Source of the DNA: Trichosphaerium sp. ATCC 40318
Taxonomy: Eukaryota > Protista > Tubulinea
NCBI GenBank assembly: GCA_038496445.1
Contig: JALMLS010000120.1
Span: forward strand, 1-64,000
Direction of reading: 5' to 3'
Length of the DNA: 64,000 bases
This document shows, piece after piece, positions 37,919 through 53,204 of the stretch; the first letter of the stretch is position 1; each line of letters starts with the position of its first letter. The translations under genes were made by a program, and so were the position numbers. The notes under the pieces were generated by a model, which searched no databases, had not been told where the DNA came from, and was given only the letters and a program-made list of their open reading frames with translations.

Positions 37919-39001
37919 TCACATGGGTTTTTCTACTTGTCCTGGTACAGCAAAAATTGAAGGACAAGTAGAGAAATGAGTCATATCATTAAAGTAAGTA
38001 AATTGTGGTTCAGATAAAGTAATAGGTGGCAGTGATCGAAATAATACTGTTAACTCCCTTTGTAGTGTAGAGAACACATTAACTAAAGATGGATCATCTT
38101 TTGTTTTTAGATATGGATAACCAAGAGATATATGGAATGCATAACGCCTTGAATTGGGTATTTTCGAAGCCTTAAAGCAATGAGTTAGAACAACCAACAA
38201 AAAAAGAAAAATAGCACTTTTTTCAAATGGCAGAGAGCAGACTGAGTGCAATGACATTAATTTATGCTAAAATTCACAGAAGAATAGATTTCAGTTGCAA
38301 CGCTTCTTTTGTTGTATCTTACCTTTCCTATTTGTTTTCTTAATCCTCTTATTCTCTGCTCTTCATTTCGGTTTGATGTTACCAAGTTAACTCCAATACA
38401 CTGCTCCTGACGAATACCAAAGGTCTTGAATGCCATTTTAAAAGAAGAAGGTTTTTCTTTCTGTATCTCAAAAATATTTGATGTTCTTGACACAATCGTA
38501 TCAACTGCTTCTTTAAAAGTAGTATCAGAATCAAACCCAGCGCTTTTCCATTTAGATGTCAGTCTATTTTTATCATTTTCTGTGAACAAGCTGAAGATTG
38601 TCATGTGGAAACTTGATTGAGGTAGCATAGAAAAACAAGATCCAACAGGACTTTTGTTTATAGTATTCTGAGCTTCACAGAGAGCATCATACCATATAGG
38701 ATGTGTTTCTTTCTTTATAAAGCATATAACAGTAGTACCAGGGAATCTTCTATAGCTTCCATCCTCATTTAGTTTCCTTCCAACTGCATAAGCATAGTCT
38801 CGTTTTTTCTTGCCAACATCAGAATTCGTTTGTTGTTGCCTTTGTTGGGTATTATTTTGTTTTCTTTTGTACGTCACCTGGTTATTAGCACCAGATGGTC
38901 CCCATGGAGATGATCCTGATGACTCTGTTGAGTTAAATAAACAAATCGCTTATTTTGAAGAGTTATGATTGCGTACTATTGTTGGAAGGCCCAAACGACA
39001 T
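37919..39001 (-). CDS. 2H phosphoesterase, DUF1868/LigT-like
   Basis: KLNEDGSYRRFPGTTVIC, LPQSSFHMTIF and YAFHISLGY give two HxT/S motifs. Confidence 0.8.
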
Positions 39002-39397
39002 TTACTGATAAGGTGCTTATGTGAGGTGATAAATCAAAGCGATTTGACCAACGTCTACTAGTATTTTCTGAAATTTTTTCGAATTTTCATTTAATCACGG
39101 TACACGTGTCAAGTTACTCAACTACGTAGATGTCGATCATAAGTAATGCATCTAAAGATAGTTTTTACTTATGGACTGCGTTTGGAAGCACTCTTGCAAC
39201 AGCATTGCTATTTCAAGTTTTTTTCTTCGAATAAGCGAGTATCAGCGCTTGACACAGTACACAATAACCAGGTTCATACAATCTCTTGATATGTTAAGAC
39301 TACATATCATGTGAACGATTTTATACGAGACAGAATATTTTTACTGATCGTGATAAAGTAAACCACTTTATTAAAACTTGAGATAGTTGTTTTTTTT

Positions 39398-40962
<1,565 letters not shown>

Positions 40963-41403
40963 CGAATCACTGCTTGTTTGAATGTGTAGTAATGCGTTTG
41001 ACTTTCAAAATGCACCAAACTACTAACACTTGGTCGTTTGGCTACATATCAGCCTTGTAAGTGCAGTGATTGATTGGTTTTGAGTAAGGTCTGTATTATA
41101 CACTCAAAGTATACAAAGAGGTTACTCCAATATCTTCTCATTATTTTCTTAGTAAGAGGCGATTCCACAACAATGTCAATGATATGTGGGTTGTGTAGCA
41201 GTCCGTATTGTTATGCATGTTTCACTCCTCGTAGCTGTCTAATCATGAACCCTGTTATTGAGACCTCTGTGATTTTGTACGGAATCTTCGGGAAGATTTT
41301 CTAAAAAATAACTAACTAGAAGAGTATTGACTGTGTATCACATTGTTAGCTACTGAAAGAACACAACAATTCTCCTAACGATAATACGAAACTAGCTACT
41401 TCT

Positions 41404-42507
41404 ATGGTGCGTTATGTATATAAATAAGACAACATTTGTATAGTACAACGGTCAATTGTTGCTGCTAGAGTTAGAAACCAAAACATTTCGTAAGAGAATT
41501 CACCAATTTTGATGTAGAGCAAGGACGAGAGTAAATCTATCATTGTTATTATTGATCCAGTCTCAAATCAAGAATATGAGATTGAAGAAGCTTTATATGA
41601 CCTCGTTGTAACGCTTGGTACAAATCATGCTTTTTGACTTGCTTCTCTAGCACAAAATAATCTGGCTAATGATTTACCGTTAGAGAAAAAAAAAATAGAG
41701 TCATGTGCTGACAGCCGTTCTCGAGTACATAAGAGACAACTTACGAAACTCCGGAACAAATTAGAAGCTTTCGCAGCCCAAGCGGAGTGTACGAAGAGTG
41801 AACGAAAGAGCCAACACGTCATTGAAGAATTAAACCAAACAATCGTTGATCAAAAGGCACGTGATTATTTTAGAACCAGTGGATTTCAAAATCGAAAGTA
41901 AACTGTGTTCTTTCTTACATCAAGCGAAGTTCGTTGTGTGTGTTCGTTCTTACACTAAGTTTAGGCAGTGATTCGTAAACTACGAAATGCGTTGGTTATT
42001 TTGAAAACGAACTGCGATGCCAAACTTGAGAACCTTTCAAACCACAAAAACAATCAAAACGTGACTGTAAAGCGACCCCATATTGAACAGTACGTCAATC
42101 CCTCTCAACAACCGAAGAAACGTAAACGTGGACCCGTGATGGCAACAGTCATTGATACAAAACCATCAATGCCAAACACCAAACGTCAAAGGTTATCGAA
42201 TAGCCAAAAAGAAAGCAACAAAAGTACCATTAACGTACCTCAAATTTCATGTCACGGTAACTCTCCTTTGTACCTTCCTGGTCGTCAGCATGTAAAGTTT
42301 GAGAGATTCTATGAACGTACAACAATCATTGCACCTGATCTTCCATCACTCTCAAATCCTTGTTCAATCAAGCAACTCAAGGCAAACTCAAAGCCAAGTT
42401 CAAAACCACAACAAAAGAAGATTGTATCAAAACCAAAGTCAAACAAGCCCAATGTCAGAACAAGGAGCAAAACGCGACTCAACAGCCAAAAAATTGGTAG
42501 TAGTTAA
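41404..42507 (+). CDS. Unknown coiled-coil/basic protein, paralog A; start uncertain
   Basis: Multi-exon; near-identical copy at 51633-52707. Confidence 0.6.
41506..42504 (+). repeat. ~1-kb direct duplication, copy 1 (copy 2 at 51730-52703)
   Basis: Long runs of identity with in-frame indels and more diverged introns. Confidence 0.9.
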
Positions 42508-42639
42508 TTGCACTAGTAGTCATGTACACAATCCTAAAATAGCTCTATTTATACTAATAAACAACCTTCCTTACTAATAGCCTCATACTTCTTTCTTCCC
42601 CAAAAACTGCCAGTCATATTTACATGTAGCAGCTGTGAA

Positions 42640-43088
42640 GCGTAGAGTAAATGGTAGTGATTTGAAAGAGCTTTCAGGAGTTTATTCAAATAGCCTTGAA
42701 GAATGTGACATTATTGCAGATGACGATATCCAGGCATTAAAAGGTGTTTACTATTAATCTTGGTATTACTTCAGCTACTGACAAAGGTGTACAAGCGCTC
42801 AAAGGTGTACATACCATCTACATTCGTTGTTCAAAAGTCACGGATAAGGGTATATCAGCACTCAAAGGAGTACACACAATAGGGTTAAGTACCTTGCTGG
42901 TATCACCGGTAAAATCTAAAGGTATCAAATCTTTATTAGGAGTTCATGCAACTTCGGTTGTGGACAATTCAGATACAATAGAAGGTATAAATGCCGTGAA
43001 GAAAGCTACACTGAAAATAAAAATACGCTTAATTGTAGTCATTCAAGTGTTGGCAGAAAACTCATATATTTTGCAACTTAATTTGTAG
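42640..43088 (+). pseudogene. LRR fragment related to 13271-14890
   Basis: KGVHTIYIRCSKVTDKGISALKGVHTI repeats; frameshifted and lacking the F-box. Confidence 0.7.
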
Positions 43089-44325
43089 CCACACCAAATA
43101 CAATTAAAAAATTATATCTACAACGCACAAGATAGCATCCTTGAATTTCCGAAGAAGTACCTCAAATACTGTGCACTGCTGTTTGATGGAAAGAAATGGT
43201 ACTAAATTATTTGGTATTTGAATTAACACAGGTCATCTATAAAAAGTTATAGATACTCCGTTTGTGGGAAGTTGGTGTTAGCAATCAAAAAATGGCTTAG
43301 TTACATGCTAATGAAATTAATGGCTCAGCTCGGCTGGGCTTTTTCAGGCATAAAAACTCGGCTTTTCCGGCAGAGACAAAGTCTCGAGACTTTTACAGCG
43401 GTGCAAATAAAGGCAAGAGAAACAGGTTTACTCTCTTACCCTCCTCCCTTACCTCTCTTTCGTTGTTTAGGACGTCCTTTCAATAAACAAGCTATCGCGA
43501 TCTCAACGCTGCGCCTGAGCACCTCTTTCTTTGCGATTCCGTTGAGCCTTTTCTCTTTTGGCGGTTCTGGTAGGCTGTTATTTGCGTGTGCATTTTATCG
43601 CCAATCACGTCCCAGTTCAATCTGTCTTCTGTCACTGTCCAGTTTTTAGCTTGGCCAAGGAAACAAATTACTCTGCATGTAGGTGTTAACATACGCTCTT
43701 GCTTCTTATCACTTTACTGCGCTAAAGTACACTGTTGCAAGTATTACAACAGCCTCAGTTGTATTTTAAGACAGAAAACTGTTGATGCTAAGTATGTTTC
43801 AATAGTATGTCAAAATAATTTTGTGCAACTATTAGTTTTGCATGTCACGTGTTGTGTACAAAACGCACAGCTGAAAAACTGAACCACTTGACGTATCCAA
43901 AAAAAAACGTTAGGAGTTGTAGTGAAACTAAATAAACGGCTCTGGTAAATGACTTAGATGTGAAATCTGTACCGACTTTGTGACTTATCCAGCTTATCCG
44001 GCTACTTTTTTAAGTGCAACAATTACCTAAAATGACAATATTGCCGGCCAAATGCCGAGAAATTTCATACGTTTTAGGAGATCATGTGGTAAGTACTTAT
44101 ACACTACCATTACGTGCAACCTGGAAAAATACGGCTACCAAAAAAGTACGAATTCGTCCACTAAATTTCCTATATCTAGGATATTTCTAGTTGTTTTCAA
44201 AAGTTCATTGTTCAGCAAGAATCTTATATTCATACTGATTCAAACTTGGTGTGTTGTGTGATTTTTAGTTAAGTTAGTTTATTGGACTAAGGTAAGGTAC
44301 GGAAAGTTCCTTAGAACTCTAACAA

Positions 44326-45760
44326 ATGGCAACGCAACACCTACTCCTGGTTGCACTATTCTGCGCTACACTTGTATACTGTGATCCGTGCACATATTGG
44401 ATTGGACCAAATGGAAGTGACACTGTACGTCACAAGGCCTTAAGCCTAAACTAATGCTAATAGTCTCTTTTTTGTAGACAGGTGACGGATCGCGTTCCAG
44501 CCCTTTTGCAACAGTACAAGGTGCGTTTACGCTATCTACAATTGTATCTAAACAACGTTTTAGGCGCTCAAAAGCACATGGAGAACCTACCTAAGGTATT
44601 ATGCTTTGAACAAGGAAACTACCCAAGTACGTGGTTATATGCTCGTAAAATACGTTTAATTGCGTTGTAGCACCTCAAGTATGGGCTGATACAGACGCAG
44701 TAAGGTTTCAAGGTAAAGGAGCAGTTGTAGAGTCTCTTGTACGTTGTCTACCTTTAAACAGCTTACGCTGTGAAAAACCAATCTTCGTTAACCTTTGTGT
44801 TAGTTTCTTAACAGCACCCAGTACAGAGGGCTTTCAGCAACGATATATGACCTGAACATTAAAAATGTGAGAGCTACAGGCCTCAATGTCTTGTCACTCA
44901 AGTCTATGACATGTGATATTATTACCACTGACGTTGTTACTCTTAACGCTATCAAATCAACCCTTGGATATGAGAAAGGATTGACACTATTGCTAGCAAG
45001 TGATACAGTATCTGTAGAGAATTCCCAAGTGTACGGAGAGACAATCATGCTTGGATTAATCACTAGCACTTTGGTTGTTAATTCCTCGACGATAACAACC
45101 ACAAAGGATATTAACCTTGGATCAGGTAAAGTGTAGTTTGTTCAAAAAAAACCTCACGTGCTTTGTTTGTAGATGATATAACACTCGAACGCAGTACCAT
45201 TACTACACCTCCTAAAACAGATATTGTATCTGAAATGACATTCTTTTCGATGTTTAATAGCGTACTCGATAATGTTGGTGTAAGTCGCTTCAAGTTAAAG
45301 TACTTTAACGAAAGGCAAAAAACACTTACTTTTCTTTTTAGGGGAGAATATTTTTTAACAAGTTCTCGACTGGTGTTAATATAAACATTATTTCTTCAGA
45401 AATAAAGGGAACCACAATAGATCCTATAACTAGAATGCTTGGAGAACTATCAAACACAGTTTTTAGTAATTGTGAAGCATACGTATGAAGGACGCTAGTC
45501 GTTTACGAGTAATTTGTTTTTGTTCCTTATTTTTGTTTTTTATTCTGAACGTCATCACATACTTGCTTTGTTCCTCATACCTCTTTAGAATGGTAACCCA
45601 GCTATTAAAAGTTCTGACAGAGACGATATGGTTGTAAAGGATAATCAACCATGCAAGGTCACAAGTACGTTGTCATTTTAGTGCCGTTTGATTAGTATTT
45701 ACTTTCGTTTTGTAGCATGTCAGCCTGGTTTTTGCTCACCATACAATTTATTCCTTTGTG
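44326..45760 (+). CDS. Secreted beta-helix-like protein; 3' part appears degenerate
   Basis: Signal MATQHLLLVALFCATLVYC; YWIGPNGSD|GDGSRSSPFATVQ motif; S/T/V/N-rich exons. Confidence 0.5.
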
Positions 45761-47197
45761 AAAAGTGTAATAACAGTAGTCTTACTATTCAGTAAAATCA
45801 CAAATCACAGTCTTTACTCTTTTATATGCCTTGTAAAGCAGAGCTCCCATATTTTTTCCTGTTCCTTCAACGTGAGACTATCTTTGAATGAATCATTTCG
45901 ATGTTTTAGTATTAGTAAGCTAGCAGTTGATGTAATGACGTTTTAACGTTTTGGATGATGTCATCAAATCCATAATATTTCGAGAAAAATGGTGCAAACC
46001 GACGTTATCGGGTAGTTAAGTCAGTTTTTGCCGATTAACAATAAATCTATCGTTATTTTAAGCATTTTTGCTGTTGTCATATCTCAACTGTTGGTTACAA
46101 CACGTGTTGTACATCCTCTAACTGATAGTGTTCAATTAACCGCAACAACCATCGGAGTAGATGCGGAGCAAGCTCAGTCCCTTACAAATGTATTCGAAGG
46201 AATGAGAACAACAAAAGCAATAGTGACGGCCAAACCTGAAATGTCTCCAACGTCCTCTACCAACACCTGTCACCTTCATATTAGAGCCAATCTGCGCATC
46301 AGCCTCGATTGTATGTGAGCACACCTTCACTGCAGGCGGACAAATGGTTGCAGCAAGTGGCGTTACTACTGTGGTACAACCTCAAACATACTTAAGCAAT
46401 GGCTGACAGAGGTGTAGGAACATGTCACTGTGCTCATTCCGCCAGAGATAGGAACAGTACTGCCAGCATCAATAGAATGTGACGCTGTATGTATTATATC
46501 ATTCCTAACTGTACTACAATAGGGAATTGTTGAGGACGGCAGAAACGGCCTCGTACCTACACCTGAGTGTCAATTTGTTTTTTTTGCTACAGGTACTGTA
46601 TAATTGCATTGCTTACAACATGGCTGAATCTAGTATTTAGGACCTGCTACAGCTGAGCTTAGCGCCAGTATTGTTGAGAGGACACACGTATGTTTCAAGT
46701 TGAGCTATAGAGATAGCCACTTAATGAGTCTTTAGGGGACCGTGTCCTGATTTTTAATACTGATTGCTATGCGCGCAGACAGCTCCTATCAAGTGCTAGG
46801 TGAGTGATGTGTAGTAAAGATAGTACTTTTATCGTAGATCTTATATCAAAGTGTTAAAAATCTCAGCTGAGATTACTCATGATTTACATGGCGTTTCTGT
46901 ACTGCACCAGGTTTCATAAATAAATGCGGAGATACGGGCATGTACACAGACCTTTCATTGTCATTACTGAAAACCTAAGATACAAATGGCTTTGACCTTT
47001 GAAACAGATCAGGTGCCAGAACAGCACCAAACGTCTTATGCTTTCAAGTTACAACAATTAAGTATTTAAGTCAATGTGAACCACAGTGGCCTCTTATTTA
47101 TCATGAATTCATTCCGGATAAATATTTCCCCAGTTTGTGAATGCTGTCGTAAGTCATACCAATTCTTCTCTATTTAATCGACCTTATTAGCATTACA

Positions 47198-48837
47198 ATG
47201 GCTCTACGATACTCAACTCGAAAAACGTTTCAAAAACCTCAAAGAGAAAGTGTACAGACGAAAGTACAACAACAAACGTTTTCGACATCTCCAACACAAA
47301 AAGAAAAGGAAGATACTTCCATCAGAGCAGCCTTTATACGTGATAAAGCACCTAAAACGAGTATGAAATATAACTTCTTGGGAAACAGCGGTATTAAAGT
47401 ATCAGAGCTTTGTATGGGTAAGAGAAAGAAAATCACGTGTTTTTTTTATTCTTTTTTGGACTTTTGCCGTAAATTGCTTTTTTTTATTCTTTGGGTTGAT
47501 GTGTTACCACTATGTTAGGTACCATGACTTTTGGTAACGCAAAGAATATGGAGTTTAATCTTCCTACAATATCAACAAAGGACAGCTTTACGCTTATGGA
47601 TAGATTTGTTGAGGCGGGAGGTAATTTTTTTGATTCTGCCAACAGTTATGGAAAGGGTGAGAGCGAACGTGTTGGTACGTTAATAATCTCTAATAAAAGT
47701 AAGGCTAAATACAATTATAGTCGGTCAATGGATAAAAGAACGTAATAATCGTGATGAGATTGTACTTGCGACGAAAGGCACGTGATTAATCAAAAAAAAA
47801 AAGTTGACTACTACTTTATTTTTGTTGGCCTTTGTTCACCTTTACTAGGATTCTTTCGTTTTGGAAATGGACCTAATAACGTTGGGTATAATCGTTCTTT
47901 TATAACGCGATCTCTTAATGACTCTTTGGAGCGTCTTGGCGTTGACAACATTGATCTCTACCAGGTGCATATTCGTATTGCTTTCTGAGTACTGATGGTT
48001 TTGTCAACAGGTCCATGGGTTTGACTATGGAACGCCTATCAGAGAACTGCTTACTACACTCAATACTTTCATTGATCAAGGAAAAATATCATACATTGGG
48101 ATCTCCAACTGGCCAGCATGGGCTATTCAAAAGGCCGCAGATATTGCAAAATACGAAAACCTCAATGGTATGTTCCTCCTTTAGCTACCTCTAAAACTGG
48201 TTAGGTATCATTTCCTTGCAAGCTCAGTATAACTTGCTTACTAGAAGCCCTGAATACGAGCTGTTAGAAGCAACAAAAGTACGCAAAGCGTGATATTGTT
48301 AAACATTTCTAATCAAGTTTGCAATAAGTCAAATAACATTGGGTACCTTCCTTGGTCACCTCTAAAAGGTGGGTGGCTCTCTGGACGGTATGAGCGTGGT
48401 ATGAAGAAACCAGAAGAAGGTCGTGTTGCTTGGGCTGAAAAAGTTGGTTGGTCAGAGACAGCGTGGACAGTACTTGCCAACGATCAGTAAGTTAAATTTG
48501 AGAAAATACATACTATTATGAATTCTGCATTCTCATTTCGCCTAGCACGTGGGGTGTTATTGATGAACTCAAGAAAATATCTCAAGAGATTGATCGACCT
48601 GTGGCACAAGTGGCATTACGCTGGGTCATGCAGAAACCTGGTATTTCTTCAACACTCATTGGAGCTACAAAGATGAAACACCTCGAAGACAACATTGGAG
48701 CCACCGAATTTGAGCTTACAGAGGATCATATGAAGTCTTTGGATCATGCATCAAGTGTACCTCTTCCTTACCCTTATAACCTCCTTGAGGGTGTGCGTAC
48801 ACTTCACGGACGTGGAAGAGACGACAGATTGGACTGA
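47198..48837 (+). CDS. Aldo-keto reductase with a probable mitochondrial presequence
   Basis: LGNSGIKVSELCM|GTMTFG, GGNFFDSANSYG, SLERLGVDNIDLYQ|VH, IGISN, WSPLKGGWLSG and AQVALRW. Confidence 0.95.
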
Positions 48838-48939
48838 AAAATAAAATAAAAAAGTCACAACTAGTCAAGATATCTTCGGCTAAACAAGTTTATTAACCGA
48901 ATAAAATTGTGCGTTTAAAGAGAAAACGAGATCAAACCT

Positions 48940-50421
48940 ATGGAAGCTAAGCGCAATCGTAAAGTAGTTATACCTGAGGGTGCATTGAATCCAATACATG
49001 TTCCAGAACTAGCTTGTAAGATATTTCAATATTGTACCAATGATACTCAACTAGCACTATCCCGTACTACTGTATGTTCAGAATACGTTGAGAACCCTGA
49101 AAAGTCACAAGCTCTCTTTAAGGGTTATAACATCAATGTATCGAAGCATATGGAGGTATTTGTAGATGCAACCCCTCAAATTCTCGAAGCACGTGAATGG
49201 AGAATGCAGTAAGTCGCCTCACAAGTGACTTGAGATACTATCCAGACTTGTTTCGTTACAGATTTGAAGAAGTAGATATCAATAAGAATCCCGGCTATGT
49301 ATAAGAATATAGCAGATAAGGCTTACAAGTTTTATATTCAAGTTAACTTCGAAAAGTAGCTGCACGGGATAAGTAATACACAAAAAAAAGTTCATTTTGT
49401 GTCTAGGTTCAAAGAACTGTTGGAAGGTGATGAGGAGTATGATAGTGATTATGAGGATTGTCGCGAGCAACGTCAAAGTATACTTCAGCATATTTCTGTA
49501 TTTGTTGAAGCTAAAGGAATACATGATAAGGAAATGAAAACTGTACATCCACCTCGGTTTTTATAGTTTGTTTTCAAACCCAAAAAAATTGATTGTTCTC
49601 TTAGAATTATCACAAAGTCGTATTTGGTCCTAAAAAGAATCCTCTCGCTTTAATTTCAGCGACAGGCGTATTAATACCATTTAACACAGCTAAATTAATG
49701 ATGAAATTACGCAAGTTACAGAAACAAAGGTCTGAAGGAATTTATGTCGAATTTCATGATACTCTCAGAGATGCTTTTTTGAAAAACCAGTTTACAAAGG
49801 TAGAGTCTAACGTCTGTGGTTCAATTTGGTTTATTTTAATGACTTGACTTCAGGGTGAAAAATTCGCTTATCCATTAGTGCAACAGTACACAGTTGCTGA
49901 ATTGAACAGTGGTAACCTTGACTTTCTGAAAGGTACATATATATTTTGTTTTCAAGTCACTTAAACTTGTTTGCTTTTAGGTGAAGATGCGATGATGTTG
50001 ACTACCTTAAACCGCCTCCAACTGACGGTAACTATAGCACCTATTATAGAAATAATTATGGACCACCCAAGACCTACACATGTTGGTATGTACATAGTAC
50101 AATACTTGCCACTCGCTTTTTTTTCCTCTTTTTTTCTTTGTTCCTGATTTTGACTCTTTTGTAGGAAGTAAATTCTACAAGCCTGCTTATACAGGCCAAG
50201 AAGAGGATTATAAAAGCATTGAAAAGTTCTTGGAAGAACTTGAAATGGAAGAAACTGATTTCTTTTGGCTTAAAGCAATGCCCAAAAAACTTATGTTAAT
50301 ACATGCAGAAGTAGATGTGTTTGATGATGAGATTGAGCGATACTTCAATCACACCTATAGAGCACATCCAATACTCATCGCTACAGTCAATGATAAAACA
50401 CTAATTAAACAGTGGAAATAA
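48940..50421 (+). CDS. Unknown multi-exon protein with an F-box-like N-terminus
   Basis: HVPELACKIFQYCTNDTQLALSRT; downstream exons splice in frame. Confidence 0.5.
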
Positions 50422-50459
50422 ACTTATATGTAATTTGTACACTACCCAAAGCCACGTCT

Positions 50460-51323
50460 TTATACTGTAAGATTGAGGGTTTTGGAGGTTTTCTCCTTAA
50501 GATTTAGGCAGGTTTATATTTGGACAGCTACGTTCTGTGTATCTCAACAGTGCCAGCCTCTGCTTTAACTTTCTCATCGGTTACTGTTCTCAGGTACACG
50601 AATAGTATGTGCTCTTCTGCCTCTTTCATTTGAAAGTACATTAATCTTGTGTACAAGCTATTTGTTATTAAGCTACAACCATCCAAATTGATAGTAAGTA
50701 CAGTCAAACCTCATCTGTTATATTTGAACGTGATAAATACAACTGTCAGTGCCTTGACACCTTCATTTGTTTTTGATTTACAACTGGACAAGTCAATGGG
50801 TGTCATACATACCTGCCAAAGCCTTGAAATTCACATTTGCTATTGTTTATACAAGGAAAGCAATGGACTACCATACTTCAGCTCACCTTCATTTTTAATT
50901 CTGGTGCGATTGTATCTAATAGAGTTGAGAACAAATAATTCGCAACAGATGGCATGTTTCGGCTGAAAAAAATACGATTGTTAAGGCGAGCGAGGAGAAG
51001 AATAAAAGAGTAAACATTTACGAAACATCCTGTATCGTGTGAATAGTCTCGTGGTACATTTGGAAGTACGACACGGATATCTTTTGATATTCTAAGAAAA
51101 ATACGGAGTAGACGGCAAGACATTCGACACTCTGACAAGACACATACACGTGATATTTACGAAGTACACATTTAATCATAATTAATAAGGACGTGTACTT
51201 CCCTTGTTTCAGATTATGCTCTACTGTTTCAGTGGGTAGCGCAACAAGCTCGAAAATGCTGATTTGTACTTTCTGTCGCTTTTTCTTCCATTTCGTTAGT
51301 AAGCGCTCGTTTCGTTGCGCCAA
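50460..51323 (-). pseudogene. Possible F-box-like gene or remnant
   Basis: LVALPTETVEHNL...CRMSCRLLR; no clear ATG; boundaries approximate. Confidence 0.3.
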
Positions 51324-51632
51324 TTAAAAATTTACTGTAAAACTTTCGCGTACCTCCCACTGTCAGGTTTTGAGTAGGTTTCTGTTTCAGTCAACACGTT
51401 GGTTTGTACAGCTCCTCTCCATTACAATACACTGTAACAGCACGCATGGCTGCCTTTTTGTATAATGTTCTCTCAATGCAAGCAAATGCAAGCTGAAAGT
51501 ATATGACACGTGGATCTAAAACGTTATCATACGATCACGAAAAAAAAATAAAGAACACATTTAGCAAATTGTATCACAACCTAAGTCAGTCTGAAAGATT
51601 AAACATAACAACACCACAAAAATAAACCCACT

Positions 51633-52707
51633 ATGGTGCGTAACAAGGTGTAAAACTTTACCACACGGAAAGCTTTTGCTGCGCGTTGTGTATTAAGAAA
51701 AAGTTGTCTAAATGAAAAACAGTGTTGATATTTTGATGTAGAACAAGGGCGAGAGTAAATCTATCATTGTTATTATTGATCCAGTCTCAAATCAAGAATA
51801 TGAGATTGAAGAAGCTTTATATGACCTCGTTGTAACGCTTGGTACAAACCATGCTTTCTGACTCACTTCTCTAGCTCTTGATTTAACACAAAATAATCTG
51901 GCTAATGATTTACCGTTAGAGAAAAAAAAAATAGAGTCATGTGCTGACAGCCGCTCTCGAGTACATAAGAGACAACTTACGAAACTCCGGAACAAATTAG
52001 AAGCGTACGAAGCCAAAGCGGAGTGTACAAAGAGTGAACGAAACAACGAACGAAAGAACCAACACGTCATTGAAGAATTAAACCAAACAATCGTTGATCA
52101 AAAGGCACGTGATTAATTTTCGTGGGCATTGGTTTTACACCAAGCGAAAATATGTTGTGTTGTGTTAGCTCTTACACTGGAGTTTTAGGCAGTGATTCGT
52201 AAACTACGAAATACGTTGGTCGTTTTGAAAACGAACTGCGATGCAAAACTCGAGAACCTTTTACATCACAATCGAAACGTAACTGTAAAACAATCCCATA
52301 TTGAACAGTACGTCAATTCCGAACAACAATCGAAGAAACGTAAACGTGGACCCGTGATGGCAACAGTTATTGATACAATACCACCAATGCCAAACACCAA
52401 ACGTCAGCGTTTGATGAATAGCCAGAAAAGCGTCAATGTAGAACAAACCTGTCAATCTCGTAACTCTCCTTTGTACCTTCCTGGTCATCAACATGTAAAG
52501 TTTGAGAGATTCTATGAACGTACGACAATCATTGCACCTGATCTTCCATCACTCTCAAATCCTTGTTCAATCAAGAAGCTCAGGGTAAACTCAAAGCCAA
52601 GTTCAAAACCACAACAAAAGAAGAGTGTATCAAAACCAAAGTCAAACAAGCCCAATGTAAAAACAAGGAGCAAAACACGACTCAACCCAAAAATAGCTAG
52701 TAGCTAG
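51633..52707 (+). CDS. Unknown coiled-coil/basic protein, paralog B; start uncertain
   Basis: Duplicate of 41404-42507 with the same intron positions. Confidence 0.6.
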
Positions 52708-52853
52708 ATAACTCTGTCAGATACCGGCATCCTATAGCAGTTCTGTGTATACAAATAAACTGTAGATTTTGAACACTAAGCTGTATTCTTACACTTCAAG
52801 AGTAATTTGTGAAGGGTCACAACAGTGGATGTACTTATTTTATTATCAAACAT

Positions 52854-53037
52854 GTCGACTTCCATGTAAACGTTTCCGCCTCTGTGCGGACTTTATGTAA
52901 GCGAGAGGCAAAAAAGCCGAAAACTGTGCGAGTAAAAAGTTCTGTATATGACATGAAACTCGCACAATATTCGGCATTTTTGCCTCTCGCTTACATAAAG
53001 TCCACACAGAGGCGGAAACGTTTAAGTGGAATTCGAC
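52854..53037. repeat. 184-bp foldback (80-bp arms, 24-nt loop): MITE or hairpin RNA
   Basis: 52854-52933 is the reverse complement of 52958-53037 with about 7 mismatches. Confidence 0.9.
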
Positions 53038-53204
53038 TTATTGTCTGGCATTGGAAGTATTTGTTGACCGTACTCAAAAGATAGGAAGTTAAGCAATCTA
53101 TTGGTGTACCATACATTTATCAAACTCGAAAAGTAACAGACAGGCGTTATGAGTACAAGTAAATTTTAATAAGTTTGTTAGAATAATTACTTTCCAAGCA
53201 TTCT

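Noticed and set aside
43272-44300. Short overlapping ORFs and possible transposon remnant
   Set aside because: No TIR, TSD or protein motif could be established
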